Source: an uncultured Chloroflexia bacterium
Lineage (GTDB): Bacteria > Chloroflexota > Limnocylindria > QHBO01
NCBI GenBank assembly: GCA_963699235.1
Contig: OY969424.1
Coordinates: 887,898 to 951,897 of the forward strand
Direction of reading: 5' to 3'
DNA length: 64,000 nucleotides
Below, piece by piece: positions 49,700-58,849 of the stretch; positions within the stretch are counted from its first letter, which is position 1, and every line of letters starts with the position of its first letter. The notes under the pieces were generated by a model. That model was not told the origin of the DNA and did not search any database. It worked only from the letters and a program-made list of their open reading frames with translations. The position numbers and the translations under genes are program-made.

Positions 49700-50350
49700 G
49701 GGATAGACCGGAACCTCGAAGATCGTGATCCGATCGAGCGGGAAGTAGCGAACGAACGCCCGACCCACGATGAGGTCGCGCTCGATGGGCCCGAAGAAGC
49801 GCGAGTCCTGGCTCTCGGGCCGGTTGTCGCCCATGACGAAGTACTTGCCCTCGGGGACGACCCACTGCGTCGTTCCCTGGGCGTCTCGCGGCAGGGTCGG
49901 GGCGGGCTGGCCGTCGGTCCCGATCACGACGTAGTCCTCCGTCAGCCGAACCTCCACCCCGCCGGGCGGGGTGACGAACACGGCGCCGTTCTCGAGGCGC
50001 ACGGTTTCGCCGGGCAGGCCGATGACCCGCTTGATGAACGGCACGCCACCCTGCTCGAACCCATCCGGCGGCTGGAACACGACGATGTCGCCACGGACGT
50101 AGTCGTTCCAACGGGGCGTGAGCTTGTCGATGAGGACGTAGTCGCTGGGCTGGATGGTGGACACCATCGAGTTCTGCTCGACCTCGAACGGCTGCGCCAC
50201 GAAGTTGTGGATGACGAGGTAGATGACCAGGGTGAGGACGATCGTCTCGACGATCTCGAGCAGGCAGCCGGCGCCTCGACGAGCCGCGGAACGGTCGTCG
50301 GCGGGTGGTTCCGCGGTCGGCTGCACGTAGGTCAAAACGGGCGGAAGCAT
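49700..50350 (-). CDS. lepB: Signal peptidase I (3' end uncertain; stop probably lost by an indel)
   Basis: NSMVST, RGDIVVF, FIKRVIGLPGE, YFVMGDNR.ESQDSRFFG. Confidence 0.88.
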
Positions 50351-50521
50351 AACCCGGAACGGCGCCTGGCCCGCGCGGTTGACCCTGCTCGCGGCCGCGC
50401 GCTACCATGGCGCCGCTTCGCTGGCGGAACCCGAATTGGGTGACCTCGCCGGCGTTTCGTGTGTGTCCCCCCTGATCCGTTGCGCCCTCGGCGCCGTCGC
50501 CCAAGTTCCCTCGGAGGTTCC

Positions 50522-52723
50522 ATGGAGATTCAGCCCATCACCTGGGTGATTCCGGTCGCCGGACTGACAGCCGTCCTGTTCGCCATCTATCTCGCCCGCG
50601 ACGTGCTCAGCCGCGACACCGGGACGGTCGCCATGCAGGACGTGGCCGGCACCATCCTCGAGGGCGCGGTGGCGTTCATCCGACGCCAGTACGTGACCAT
50701 CCTCGTCCTCGCGGTGGTGGGAGCCCTGATCATCGGCGTCGTCATCGGCCTGGTGGAGACCCAGGAAGCGGCCGACACCGACGTGTTCGGCATCCAGCTC
50801 GGGGTGATGACGGCGGTGGCCTTCTTCGTCGGCGCGCTGTGCTCGATGGCCTCGGGCGTGATCGGGATGTACATCTCGGTCAAGTCCAACCTCCGCACCG
50901 CGGCGGCGGCCCAGCACAGCCTGGTGGAGGCGGTCCAGGTCGCCATGCGCGGTGGCGCGGTCTCGGGCTTCCTGGTCGTCGCCCTCTCCCTGCTCGGGGT
51001 GTGGGGCATCTTCGTGGCGTACGGCGGATTCACGAACCCGGCGGTGGCACCGTTCCTCATCGTCGGCTTCGGGTTCGGCGCCAGCTTCGTGGCGCTGTTC
51101 GCCCAGCTCGGCGGCGGGATCTACACCAAGGCCGCGGACGTCGGCTCGGACCTGGTCGGCAAGGTCGAGGCCGGCATCCCGGAGGATGACCCACGCAACG
51201 CGGGCGTCATCGCCGACCTGGTCGGCGACAACGTCGGCGACTGCGCCGGTCGTGGGGCGGACCTGTTCGAGTCCACCGCGGCCGAGAACATCGGCGCCAT
51301 GATCCTGGGCGTCGGGGTCTACGTCATCGCCCTCGGGGCCGGTTGGCCGAACCCCGAGTCGTGGATCTTCTTCCCGCTCGTCATCCGCGCCTTCGGCCTG
51401 TTCGCGACGATCATCGCCATCTTCTTCGTCCGCGGGAAGGAGACCGAGGACCCGATGAGGATGCTGAACCGCGGCTACTGGGTGACGACCGCGTTGTCGG
51501 TCGTCGCCCTCGCGTTCGTCACCAACGTGATGATGAACACCGGTGGCGAGCCGGGCGCCTACGGGATCCCGGTCTGGGTCTGGTTCTTCTTCGCCGGCGT
51601 GGTCGGCCTCGCCACCAGCGTGGCGTTCGTGTACATCACCCAGTACTACACCGCCGGCGCCTGGCGCCCGGTCAAGGAGATCGCGGAGGCGAGCAAGACC
51701 GGCCCGGCCACCAACATCATCAGCGGCACCGCGGTGGGCTTCGAGACGACCGGCGTCACCGCCATCACGATCGGCATCGCGCTGTTCGCCAGCCACTGGC
51801 TGGGATCGCAGACCGGGCTCGTGAACGAGGCTGGCCACGACGTGGGCGGCATCTTCGGGACCGCGGTCGCCACCATGGGCATGCTCATGACCACGGCCTA
51901 CATCCTGGCCATGGACACCTTCGGACCGATCACCGACAACGCCGGCGGCATCGCCGAGTTCGCCAAGGCCGAGGGTGGTGCCCGGGAGATCACCGATCGG
52001 CTCGACGCGGTGGGGAACACGACCAAGGCCCTGACCAAGGGCTATGCCATCGCCAGCGCGGCGCTGGCCGCGTTCCTCTTGTTCAGCGCCTACATCGACA
52101 AGGTGAACCTCATCCTCGCCCGGCAGGGCCAGCCGCTCATGGAGTCGGTCGACCTGGCCGAGGTGAGCGTGTTCATCGCCGCCCTCATCGGCGCGATGCT
52201 GATGTTCTTCTTCAGCTCGCTCGCCATCCGGGCGGTGGGCACGACCGCGCAGTCGATCATCGTCGAGGTGCGCCGCCAGTTCCGCGAGATGCCGGGGATC
52301 ATGGACTATACCCAGCGACCCGACTACGCGCGGGTGGTGGACATCACCACCGCGGCAGCGCTTCGACAGATGATCCTGCCCGGGATGGTCGCCGTGGCCA
52401 CCCCGATCCTGGTCGGGCTCCTGCTCGGCCACCAGGCCGTGGCCGGCATGCTCATGGTCGGGACCATCGTGGGCGTGATGCTGGCCACCGTCCTGAACAA
52501 CGGCGGTGGGGCGTGGGACAACGCGAAGAAGTACATCGAGTCCGGCCAGCTGACCGACGACGACGGCAACGTGCTCGGCAAGAAGTCGCCGGCCCACGCC
52601 GCGGCGGTGGTCGGCGACACGGTCGGCGATCCGTTCAAGGACACCGCCGGCCCGTCGCTCCACGTCCTCGTCAAGCTTCTCGCGACCATCACCCTCGTCC
52701 TCGCCCCGCTGTTCATTCGGTAG
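50522..52723 (+). CDS. hppA: Membrane pyrophosphatase, K+-independent H+-PPase type
   Basis: GGIYTKAADVGSDLVGKVE, DNVGD, GNTTKA (Lys marks the K+-independent type), GGAWDNAKK, GDTVGDPFKD. Confidence 0.93.
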   Translation: MEIQPITWVIPVAGLTAVLFAIYLARDVLSRDTGTVAMQDVAGTILEGAVAFIRRQYVTILVLAVVGALIIGVVIGLVETQEAADTDVFGIQLGVMTAVAFFVGALCSMASGVIGMYISVKSNLRTAAAAQHSLVEAVQVAMRGGAVSGFLVVALSLLGVWGIFVAYGGFTNPAVAPFLIVGFGFGASFVALFAQLGGGIYTKAADVGSDLVGKVEAGIPEDDPRNAGVIADLVGDNVGDCAGRGADLFESTAAENIGAMILGVGVYVIALGAGWPNPESWIFFPLVIRAFGLFATIIAIFFVRGKETEDPMRMLNRGYWVTTALSVVALAFVTNVMMNTGGEPGAYGIPVWVWFFFAGVVGLATSVAFVYITQYYTAGAWRPVKEIAEASKTGPATNIISGTAVGFETTGVTAITIGIALFASHWLGSQTGLVNEAGHDVGGIFGTAVATMGMLMTTAYILAMDTFGPITDNAGGIAEFAKAEGGAREITDRLDAVGNTTKALTKGYAIASAALAAFLLFSAYIDKVNLILARQGQPLMESVDLAEVSVFIAALIGAMLMFFFSSLAIRAVGTTAQSIIVEVRRQFREMPGIMDYTQRPDYARVVDITTAAALRQMILPGMVAVATPILVGLLLGHQAVAGMLMVGTIVGVMLATVLNNGGGAWDNAKKYIESGQLTDDDGNVLGKKSPAHAAAVVGDTVGDPFKDTAGPSLHVLVKLLATITLVLAPLFIR

Positions 52724-52738
52724 CCGCGGAGCGGCCCG

Positions 52739-53584
52739 GTGGAGGAGATCTTCCAGGCCATCGTCATGGGCCTCGTCCAGGGCCTGACCGAGTTCATCCC
52801 GGTCAGCTCATCGGCCCATCTCGAGCTCGTCCCGTGGATCCTCGGTTGGGAGCAGGACGCGCTGATCGGCAGCCTCTCGTTCAACGTCTTCCTCCACCTC
52901 GGAACCCTGATCGCGCTGCTGGTCAACGTCTGGCGCGACTGGGTCCGGCTGCTCCGGGCGATGTGGCGGTCCATCGCCGAGCGGCGCATCGGCGACGACC
53001 GCGACCGGAGGCTCGGCTGGCTCCTCGTCCTGGCGTCCATCCCCGCGGCGCTCATCGGCTTCGCCTTCGAGGACGCCATCGAGGCCGCCTTCCACGGGGA
53101 TGACGACCTGTCGCGGCTCGCGATCTGCGGCTTCCTGGTGATCGGGGCCGCCGTCCTGTACGTCGCGGACCGATACGGGTCGCGGCAGCGGGACCTCGAC
53201 CACGTCGGGACCGGACGGGCGCTGACCATCGGCCTGTCGCAGGCTGCCGCCCTGCTGCCGGGCATCAGCCGCTCGGGCGCGACGATGTCCACCGGCCTGG
53301 CCTTCGGGCTCACCCGCGAGACGGCGGCCCGCTTCAGCTTCCTGCTGGCGACGCCCATCACCCTCGGGGCGGGGCTCTACGGCTCGCGGCACCTCCTGAC
53401 CGCGAGCCACACCTCCACCGAGTGGGTGGCCATCGCCGCCGGGTTCGTGGCGGCCGCGGTGTCCGGAGCCCTGGCCATCGGCTTCCTCCTGCGCTGGCTC
53501 CGGACCCGATCGATGGCCGTATTCAGCCTCGAGCGGGTGCTGCTGGCGGCCCTCGTCGTCGTCCTCCTCGCCGTCGGCCACTGA
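52739..53584 (+). CDS. uppP: Undecaprenyl-diphosphate phosphatase
   Basis: QGLTEFIPVSSSAH, PGISRSGAT, ARFSFLL. Confidence 0.93.
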   Translation: MEEIFQAIVMGLVQGLTEFIPVSSSAHLELVPWILGWEQDALIGSLSFNVFLHLGTLIALLVNVWRDWVRLLRAMWRSIAERRIGDDRDRRLGWLLVLASIPAALIGFAFEDAIEAAFHGDDDLSRLAICGFLVIGAAVLYVADRYGSRQRDLDHVGTGRALTIGLSQAAALLPGISRSGATMSTGLAFGLTRETAARFSFLLATPITLGAGLYGSRHLLTASHTSTEWVAIAAGFVAAAVSGALAIGFLLRWLRTRSMAVFSLERVLLAALVVVLLAVGH

Positions 53585-53620
53585 GCGCCTCGGGACGGGC
53601 TCGAAACCGGTCGTCGCGCT

Positions 53621-53649
53621 TTGACACCGGCCCACCTCACGCCTACAAT
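53621..53649 (+). promoter_or_regulatory. Near-consensus sigma70 promoter of greA
   Basis: TTGACA-N17-TACAAT. Confidence 0.8.
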
Positions 53650-53669
53650 CCGCCGACGCCAGCACCTGT

Positions 53670-53708
53670 GCCAGCATCCCGAAAACCGCGGGAGCTGGGC
53701 CTTTTTTG
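53670..53708 (+). terminator. Intrinsic terminator/attenuator in the greA leader
   Basis: GCCAGC-A-TCCCG / CGGGA-GCTGG-G-C stem followed by CTTTTTTG, between the promoter and the ATG. Confidence 0.7.
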
Positions 53709-53756
53709 TTATCAGGGCCGCCTGAGACTCCAACCGTTACGAGTGACCCCGACGAC

Positions 53757-54218
53757 ATGAACAACAAGCCGGTCTACCTGACCCCCGAGGGCGTCGAGCG
53801 CCTGCGCACCGAGCTCCGCCACCTCATCACCGAGGAGCGGCCACGGGTTGCGGCACGCATTCACGACGCCAAGCTCGACGGCGACATCACCGAGAACGCC
53901 GAGTACGAGGACGCGAAGCAGGAGCAGTCGTTCCTGGAGGGACGGATCGCGACCATCGAGGCGCAGCTCAAGAACGCCGAGGTCATCGAGCACCCGAACG
54001 GGGACAAGGTGAAGATCGGATCCACGGTGGTCATCTCCGGGCCCGACGGCAAGGAGACGTTCACGATCGTGGGCTCGGCCGAAGCCGCTCCCCGTGAGGG
54101 ACGGATCAGCAACGAGTCGCCGGTCGGCGTCGCGCTGATGGGCCACAAGAAGGGGGAAGAGGTCACCGTCCAGGCACCGGCCGGCCCGGTGACCTACACG
54201 CTGGTCAGCATCCGCTAG
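53757..54218 (+). CDS. greA: Transcription elongation factor GreA
   Basis: GDITENAEY, ISNESPVG. Confidence 0.95.
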   Translation: MNNKPVYLTPEGVERLRTELRHLITEERPRVAARIHDAKLDGDITENAEYEDAKQEQSFLEGRIATIEAQLKNAEVIEHPNGDKVKIGSTVVISGPDGKETFTIVGSAEAAPREGRISNESPVGVALMGHKKGEEVTVQAPAGPVTYTLVSIR

Positions 54219-54228
54219 CGTTCGCCGC

Positions 54229-55860
54229 ATGTTCTGGGCCGACGAAATCGCGGCCAGAGCGGCTGCGGCAGCCGAGTCGTCCGGGGCGGGCGCCCCGTTC
54301 GTCATCAACGACTCCAAGACCCCCTCAGGCACCGTCCACGTCGGCAGCCTGCGGGGCCCGGTCATCCACGACGAGATCTGGCGCGCGCTTCGCCGCGCCG
54401 GCCACGACGCGGTCTTCCGCTACGGGGTGGACGACCTCGATCCAATGGACTCGCAGGCCCTCCTGACCCCCGACGCGGTGGACCGATACATGGGCGTCCC
54501 GCTGGCCCACGTCCCGGCGCCGGAGGGGTCGGCGTCGCCGAGCTACGCGCGCCACTTCGTCGGTGAGCTGTTCCTCGGCACCTTCGAGCCGCTCGGCCTC
54601 CACCCGCAGGTCTACTGGATGAGCGAGGTCTATGCCGCCGGCGACATGGACCGATACATCCGCGCCGCCCTCGACGCAGCCGAGGTGATCCGGACCATCT
54701 ACCGCGAGGTGAGCCATGTCGACAAGGAGGCGGGCTGGCTCCCCCTGTCGGTGATCTGCACCACCTGCGGCCGGGTCGGGACGACCATCGCCACCGACTG
54801 GGACGGCGAGACGGTGGCCTTCGAATGCCGGCCCGACCTGGTCACCTGGGCGACCGGCTGCGGGGCCTCGGGCCGGGCGTCGCCCTTCGGCGGGATGGCC
54901 AAGCTGCCGTTCAATGTCGACTGGGCGGCCAAGTGGTCCCTGTTCGACATCACCCTCGAGGGCTGCGGCAAGGATCTCGCCACAGCCGGCGGGTCGCGCG
55001 ATCGGTCGGAAGCCATCGCGCGACAGGTCTTCGAGCGCGAGCCACCGATCAACGTCCCGTACGAGTTCATCAACATCGGCGGCCGGAAGATGAGCACCTC
55101 GCGCGGAAGCGGCGTACCGGCCCACGAGATCACGGCCGTCATGCCGCCGGACGAGCTGCGGATGCTCTTCGTCCGCCACCGACCCAATGTCGCATTCGAG
55201 TTCGACCCGAACCAGACCGATGCCATCCCGCGCCAGGTGGACGAGTTCGACCGCCTGGCGGCGGCGACCGCCGGTCGCCCGATCCGCGGCGAGCTGCCGG
55301 CCGACGCGGAGCGCATCTTCGCCGCCGCGCTCGTGAATCCCGACGCCGACCCGGACGTGGAGGCCGCCCTCCATCGGCCGGCCTTCGCCCACCTCGCCCT
55401 CCTCGTCCAGCTGCCGGGGGTGGACGTGGGAGAACGGGTGGCGGCGGAGAAGGGTTCGGCACTGACCGATCGAGAGGCCGTCATCCTGGACGACCGCACC
55501 CGAGCGGCCCACGCCTGGCTGGCCACGTACGCGCCGGAGTCCGCCCGGATCGAGGTTCGGCGCGACGGGGTGCCGGCCGAAGTGGAGGGGCTGAACGACG
55601 AGCAGCGTGCCTTCCTTGGCGGTCTCGCTGCGATGCTGGTCGAGCTGCCCGCTGCCGAGTGGGCCGGCGAGGCGCTGCAGTCGGCGGTGTTCACCACGGC
55701 CAAGGAGCGCGGGATCGGGGCCGGGGCCGGCTTCGCCGCCCTGTACGCTGCCTTCCTCGGGCGGTCCTCCGGTCCACGGGCCGGCTGGCTCCTGGCATCC
55801 CTGGACCGACCGTTCGTGATCGAGCGCCTTCAGGCTGCCGGCGCGAATCCTCCAGCGTGA
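54229..55860 (+). CDS. lysS: Lysine--tRNA ligase, class I
   Basis: FWAD, PSGTVHVGSLRG, CTTC/CGASG zinc sites, GKDL, KMSTSRG, GPRAG. Confidence 0.92.
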   Translation: MFWADEIAARAAAAAESSGAGAPFVINDSKTPSGTVHVGSLRGPVIHDEIWRALRRAGHDAVFRYGVDDLDPMDSQALLTPDAVDRYMGVPLAHVPAPEGSASPSYARHFVGELFLGTFEPLGLHPQVYWMSEVYAAGDMDRYIRAALDAAEVIRTIYREVSHVDKEAGWLPLSVICTTCGRVGTTIATDWDGETVAFECRPDLVTWATGCGASGRASPFGGMAKLPFNVDWAAKWSLFDITLEGCGKDLATAGGSRDRSEAIARQVFEREPPINVPYEFINIGGRKMSTSRGSGVPAHEITAVMPPDELRMLFVRHRPNVAFEFDPNQTDAIPRQVDEFDRLAAATAGRPIRGELPADAERIFAAALVNPDADPDVEAALHRPAFAHLALLVQLPGVDVGERVAAEKGSALTDREAVILDDRTRAAHAWLATYAPESARIEVRRDGVPAEVEGLNDEQRAFLGGLAAMLVELPAAEWAGEALQSAVFTTAKERGIGAGAGFAALYAAFLGRSSGPRAGWLLASLDRPFVIERLQAAGANPPA

Positions 55861-55873
55861 GAAGGGCCACCGC

Positions 55874-57145
55874 GTGATCTCGATCCAGGCCATTCGCGAC
55901 GACCCGGACGCCGTCAAGCGCGCGATCGCGCGCAAGGGCGAGGGTCCCGAGGTCATCGACCGCCTCCTCGAGGCCGACGCGCGTCGTCGCGAGCTGCTGG
56001 CCGATGCCGACGCCGTCAAGCACGAGCGCAACGCCGGCAGCCGCGAGGTGGGGGAGTACGTGCGCGCCGGCAAGACGGCCGAGGCCGAGGCCCGGAAGGC
56101 GTCCCTCGGGCAGCTCGGCGACCGGATCAGCGCCCTGGACGCGCAGCTCGCCTTCGTCGAGGCCTCCATCGAGGCCGACCTGCTGCTCGTCCCGAATCCG
56201 CCCCGCGACGCGGTCCCGGACGGGGCCGGTCCCGAGGACAACCCGGTGGTTCGCAGCTGGGGAGCCCCCGCGCCTGCCGGGGAGCGGCCGCCACACTGGG
56301 AGATCGGGGAGCGACTTGGGCTGTTCGACCTAGAGCGCGGGGCCAAGATCTCCGGCTCGGGCTTCGTCCTGTACACCGGCGCCGGTGCGCGCCTCCAGCG
56401 CGCGCTCATCGGTCTGTTCCTGGACATGGCGACCGAGCGTGGCTACACCGAAGTCTGGCCGCCGGTCCTCGTCAACGCGGACTCGGCACGGGGCACCGGA
56501 CAGTTGCCGGACAAGGAGAGCCAGATGTACGTCGTCGAGGCCGACGGTCTGTACCTGGCGCCCACGGCCGAGGTGCCGGTCACCAACATCCATCGCGACG
56601 AGATCCTGGCCCCGACCGCGCTGCCTATCCGCTACGCCGCGTTCACGCCGTGCTTCCGCCGGGAAGCGGGTGCCGCCGGCAAGGACACCCGCGGCCTCCT
56701 CCGCGTCCACCAGTTCGACAAGGTCGAGCTCGTGAAGTTCGTGACCCCCGAGACCTCCGACGCGGAGCTGGAGACCCTCACGGCGGACGCCGAGGCTGTC
56801 CTCCAGGCGCTGGAGCTGCCGTACCGCACCGTCGAGCGTTGCACCGGCGATGTCGGCTTCTCCCAGGCCCGCGGGTACGACATCGAGGGTTGGGCACCGG
56901 GCGTCGGCCGCTGGCTCGAGATCAGCTCGTGCTCGAACTACACCGACTTCCAGGCCCGGCGGATGAACGTCCGCTACCGCCCCGCCGCCGACGGCAAGCC
57001 CGAGCTGGTCCACACGCTCAACGGGTCGGGCGTGGCCCTCGCCCGGACTGTGGCCGCTCTCCTCGAGACCCACCTCCAGCCCGACGGCTCCATCCGCCTG
57101 CCCGAGGCCCTCCGTTCCCATTTCGGAGCCGACGCCATCTCCTGA
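55874..57145 (+). CDS. serS: Serine--tRNA ligase
   Basis: PTAEVP, CFRREAG, RVHQFDKVE, EISSCSN, HTLNGSG. Confidence 0.96.
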   Translation: MISIQAIRDDPDAVKRAIARKGEGPEVIDRLLEADARRRELLADADAVKHERNAGSREVGEYVRAGKTAEAEARKASLGQLGDRISALDAQLAFVEASIEADLLLVPNPPRDAVPDGAGPEDNPVVRSWGAPAPAGERPPHWEIGERLGLFDLERGAKISGSGFVLYTGAGARLQRALIGLFLDMATERGYTEVWPPVLVNADSARGTGQLPDKESQMYVVEADGLYLAPTAEVPVTNIHRDEILAPTALPIRYAAFTPCFRREAGAAGKDTRGLLRVHQFDKVELVKFVTPETSDAELETLTADAEAVLQALELPYRTVERCTGDVGFSQARGYDIEGWAPGVGRWLEISSCSNYTDFQARRMNVRYRPAADGKPELVHTLNGSGVALARTVAALLETHLQPDGSIRLPEALRSHFGADAIS

Positions 57146-57329
57146 ACATGGTGCGTCGGTGCACCGCCCGCGGGCCCGATCGGTTCAGTACCCCTGGCCT
57201 ATGTTCGCGGCCCGTTGGCGCCCGTAGGGTCGGCGCTGTCCCGAGAAGGCCCTGGCTCGCCTGGTTGGCGTCCACGTTGACTGATGCGCCGGGCGCGCGG
57301 GACGGGGTCAACCGCAACGAGGCCGTACC

Positions 57330-58523
57330 GTGCGCCGAGTTCCATGGCAACGCCTGCTGATCGCGATCCTGGCCGGGGCCCTGATGGTCGAGGTCTTGGC
57401 GGCCTTCACGTTTGCCGCGGCCGCCGAGGACATGGGCGTCGGCCAGGTGCCGAGCGAGGCCGCCTCCGCATCGGCTGATCCAGCGGGCTCCAGCCAGCCT
57501 CCGGGCTCGGCCACCGGGTCGGCGCCTGACGCCTCCACCGGTCCCGGCGGCACCGATCCCGCGTCGCCATCGGCTCCGCCGTCGAAGACCCCAACCAACG
57601 ACCCCCAGGGACCGATCGAATCCGCCGATCCGACCGAACCGAGTGACGACCCGGGATCCACAGGGTCCACGCCGGGGTCCACCCCGAAGCCCACGCCGGT
57701 CCCAACCCCGGCCCCCACCGCCAAGCCACCCCCGCCTCCGCCGCCACCCCCGGCACCTCCACCCCCGCCTCCGCCGCCACCGATCGCCACCAACTGCGCC
57801 TCCGGACCGCCCGGCGAGCCGGCGGGATGGACGCGCCGGGTCACCTCGAACTTCAACGAGACGACGGCGGTCGGCAGCTGGCCGGGCCCGGTCGCGGCAC
57901 GCGACTGGCGCAACCGGCAGGCCGGCGCCACCGACTCGAGCGGCCGCGGCGTGTACCACAGCGGCAAGACCGTGAGCGAGCACAACGGGGTGATGGACGT
58001 CTTCATTCACTCCGAGGGCAGCACCCGCTACGTGGCGGCGATCGTCGCCAACCTGGGTGACACCTACGGCCAGCGGATCAATGTCTGCATGCGGGCCGAC
58101 CGAATCCCGGGCTACAAGCTCGTGTTCATGCTGTGGCCCGGAAGCGGACAGGGCAACCAGCTGGGAGAGATCGACTATCCCGAGGGCAAGCTGACGCCGG
58201 ACGGCGTGGCCAACGCCTTTATGCACTATTCGCCCAAGCCGGCGTCGGATCCAAAGCAGGACGCCTACAACACCGGGATGTGGACCCAGGACTGGCACGT
58301 CTACACCATCGAGTGGGACCCCGGCTCATCGGCCCAGTCGGACGACTTCGCCTCGTTCTACGTCGATGGTCGGCTGATCGGTCGGTCCGACGGCGCCAAG
58401 GTTCCCGACGGGCCGATGCACTACCTCCTCCAGATGGAGACCTACGTGGGCAGCCAGCCGCTCCCGCCCCCGGCCTCGGGCCACGTCCTGGTGGACTGGA
58501 TCACGATCAGCACCCCGAACTAG
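57330..58523 (+). CDS. Exported GH16/ConA-like glycoside hydrolase with Pro/Ser-rich linker (copy 1)
   Basis: Signal/TM segment, poly-Pro, LW..GEIDYPEG catalytic-type motif, WHVYTIEW, FYVDG. Confidence 0.75.
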   Translation: MRRVPWQRLLIAILAGALMVEVLAAFTFAAAAEDMGVGQVPSEAASASADPAGSSQPPGSATGSAPDASTGPGGTDPASPSAPPSKTPTNDPQGPIESADPTEPSDDPGSTGSTPGSTPKPTPVPTPAPTAKPPPPPPPPPAPPPPPPPPPIATNCASGPPGEPAGWTRRVTSNFNETTAVGSWPGPVAARDWRNRQAGATDSSGRGVYHSGKTVSEHNGVMDVFIHSEGSTRYVAAIVANLGDTYGQRINVCMRADRIPGYKLVFMLWPGSGQGNQLGEIDYPEGKLTPDGVANAFMHYSPKPASDPKQDAYNTGMWTQDWHVYTIEWDPGSSAQSDDFASFYVDGRLIGRSDGAKVPDGPMHYLLQMETYVGSQPLPPPASGHVLVDWITISTPN

Positions 58524-58579
58524 CCGGACCGCCCGCCCGGCTGGCCGAACGATGGCGCGGCCGCCGATAATCGTCGCCC

Positions 58580-58667
58580 GGAGGGGTGGCAGAGCGGACG
58601 AATGCGGCGGTCTTGAAAACCGTTGAAGCGCAAGCTTCCGTGGGTTCGAATCCCACCCCCTCCGCCA
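58580..58667 (+). tRNA. tRNA-Ser(UGA)
   Basis: Cloverleaf with long variable arm, anticodon TGA at 58614-58616, GTTCGAATC, CCA end. Confidence 0.95.
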
Positions 58668-58849
58668 CGCCCGTTCGCGCTCAGTGGCCTGGCCCGGTAG
58701 GATGGGTGGTGACTCCGCGGTGCTGCCCACCGTGCGAGGGTTCCTCGCGTCCCCTCGGACTTCCCCTCTCCGGCAGCGTGCCCCAGACCGAAACCTCGGC
58801 GCAGCCCACGCGCTGACCGGGCTCAACGCGAAGGAACCCGTTCTCGCCT

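Noticed and set aside
1-50350. Numerous frameshifts (dpp genes, Cys ligase, mutase, DUF1684, hydroxyacyl-CoA dehydrogenase, acyl-CoA ligase, sigma 2, sensor 2, lepB) read as pseudogenes or programmed frameshifts
   Set aside because: They are scattered single-base indels with no slippery sites and no accumulated stops, and they hit core genes; best explained as sequencing or assembly error.
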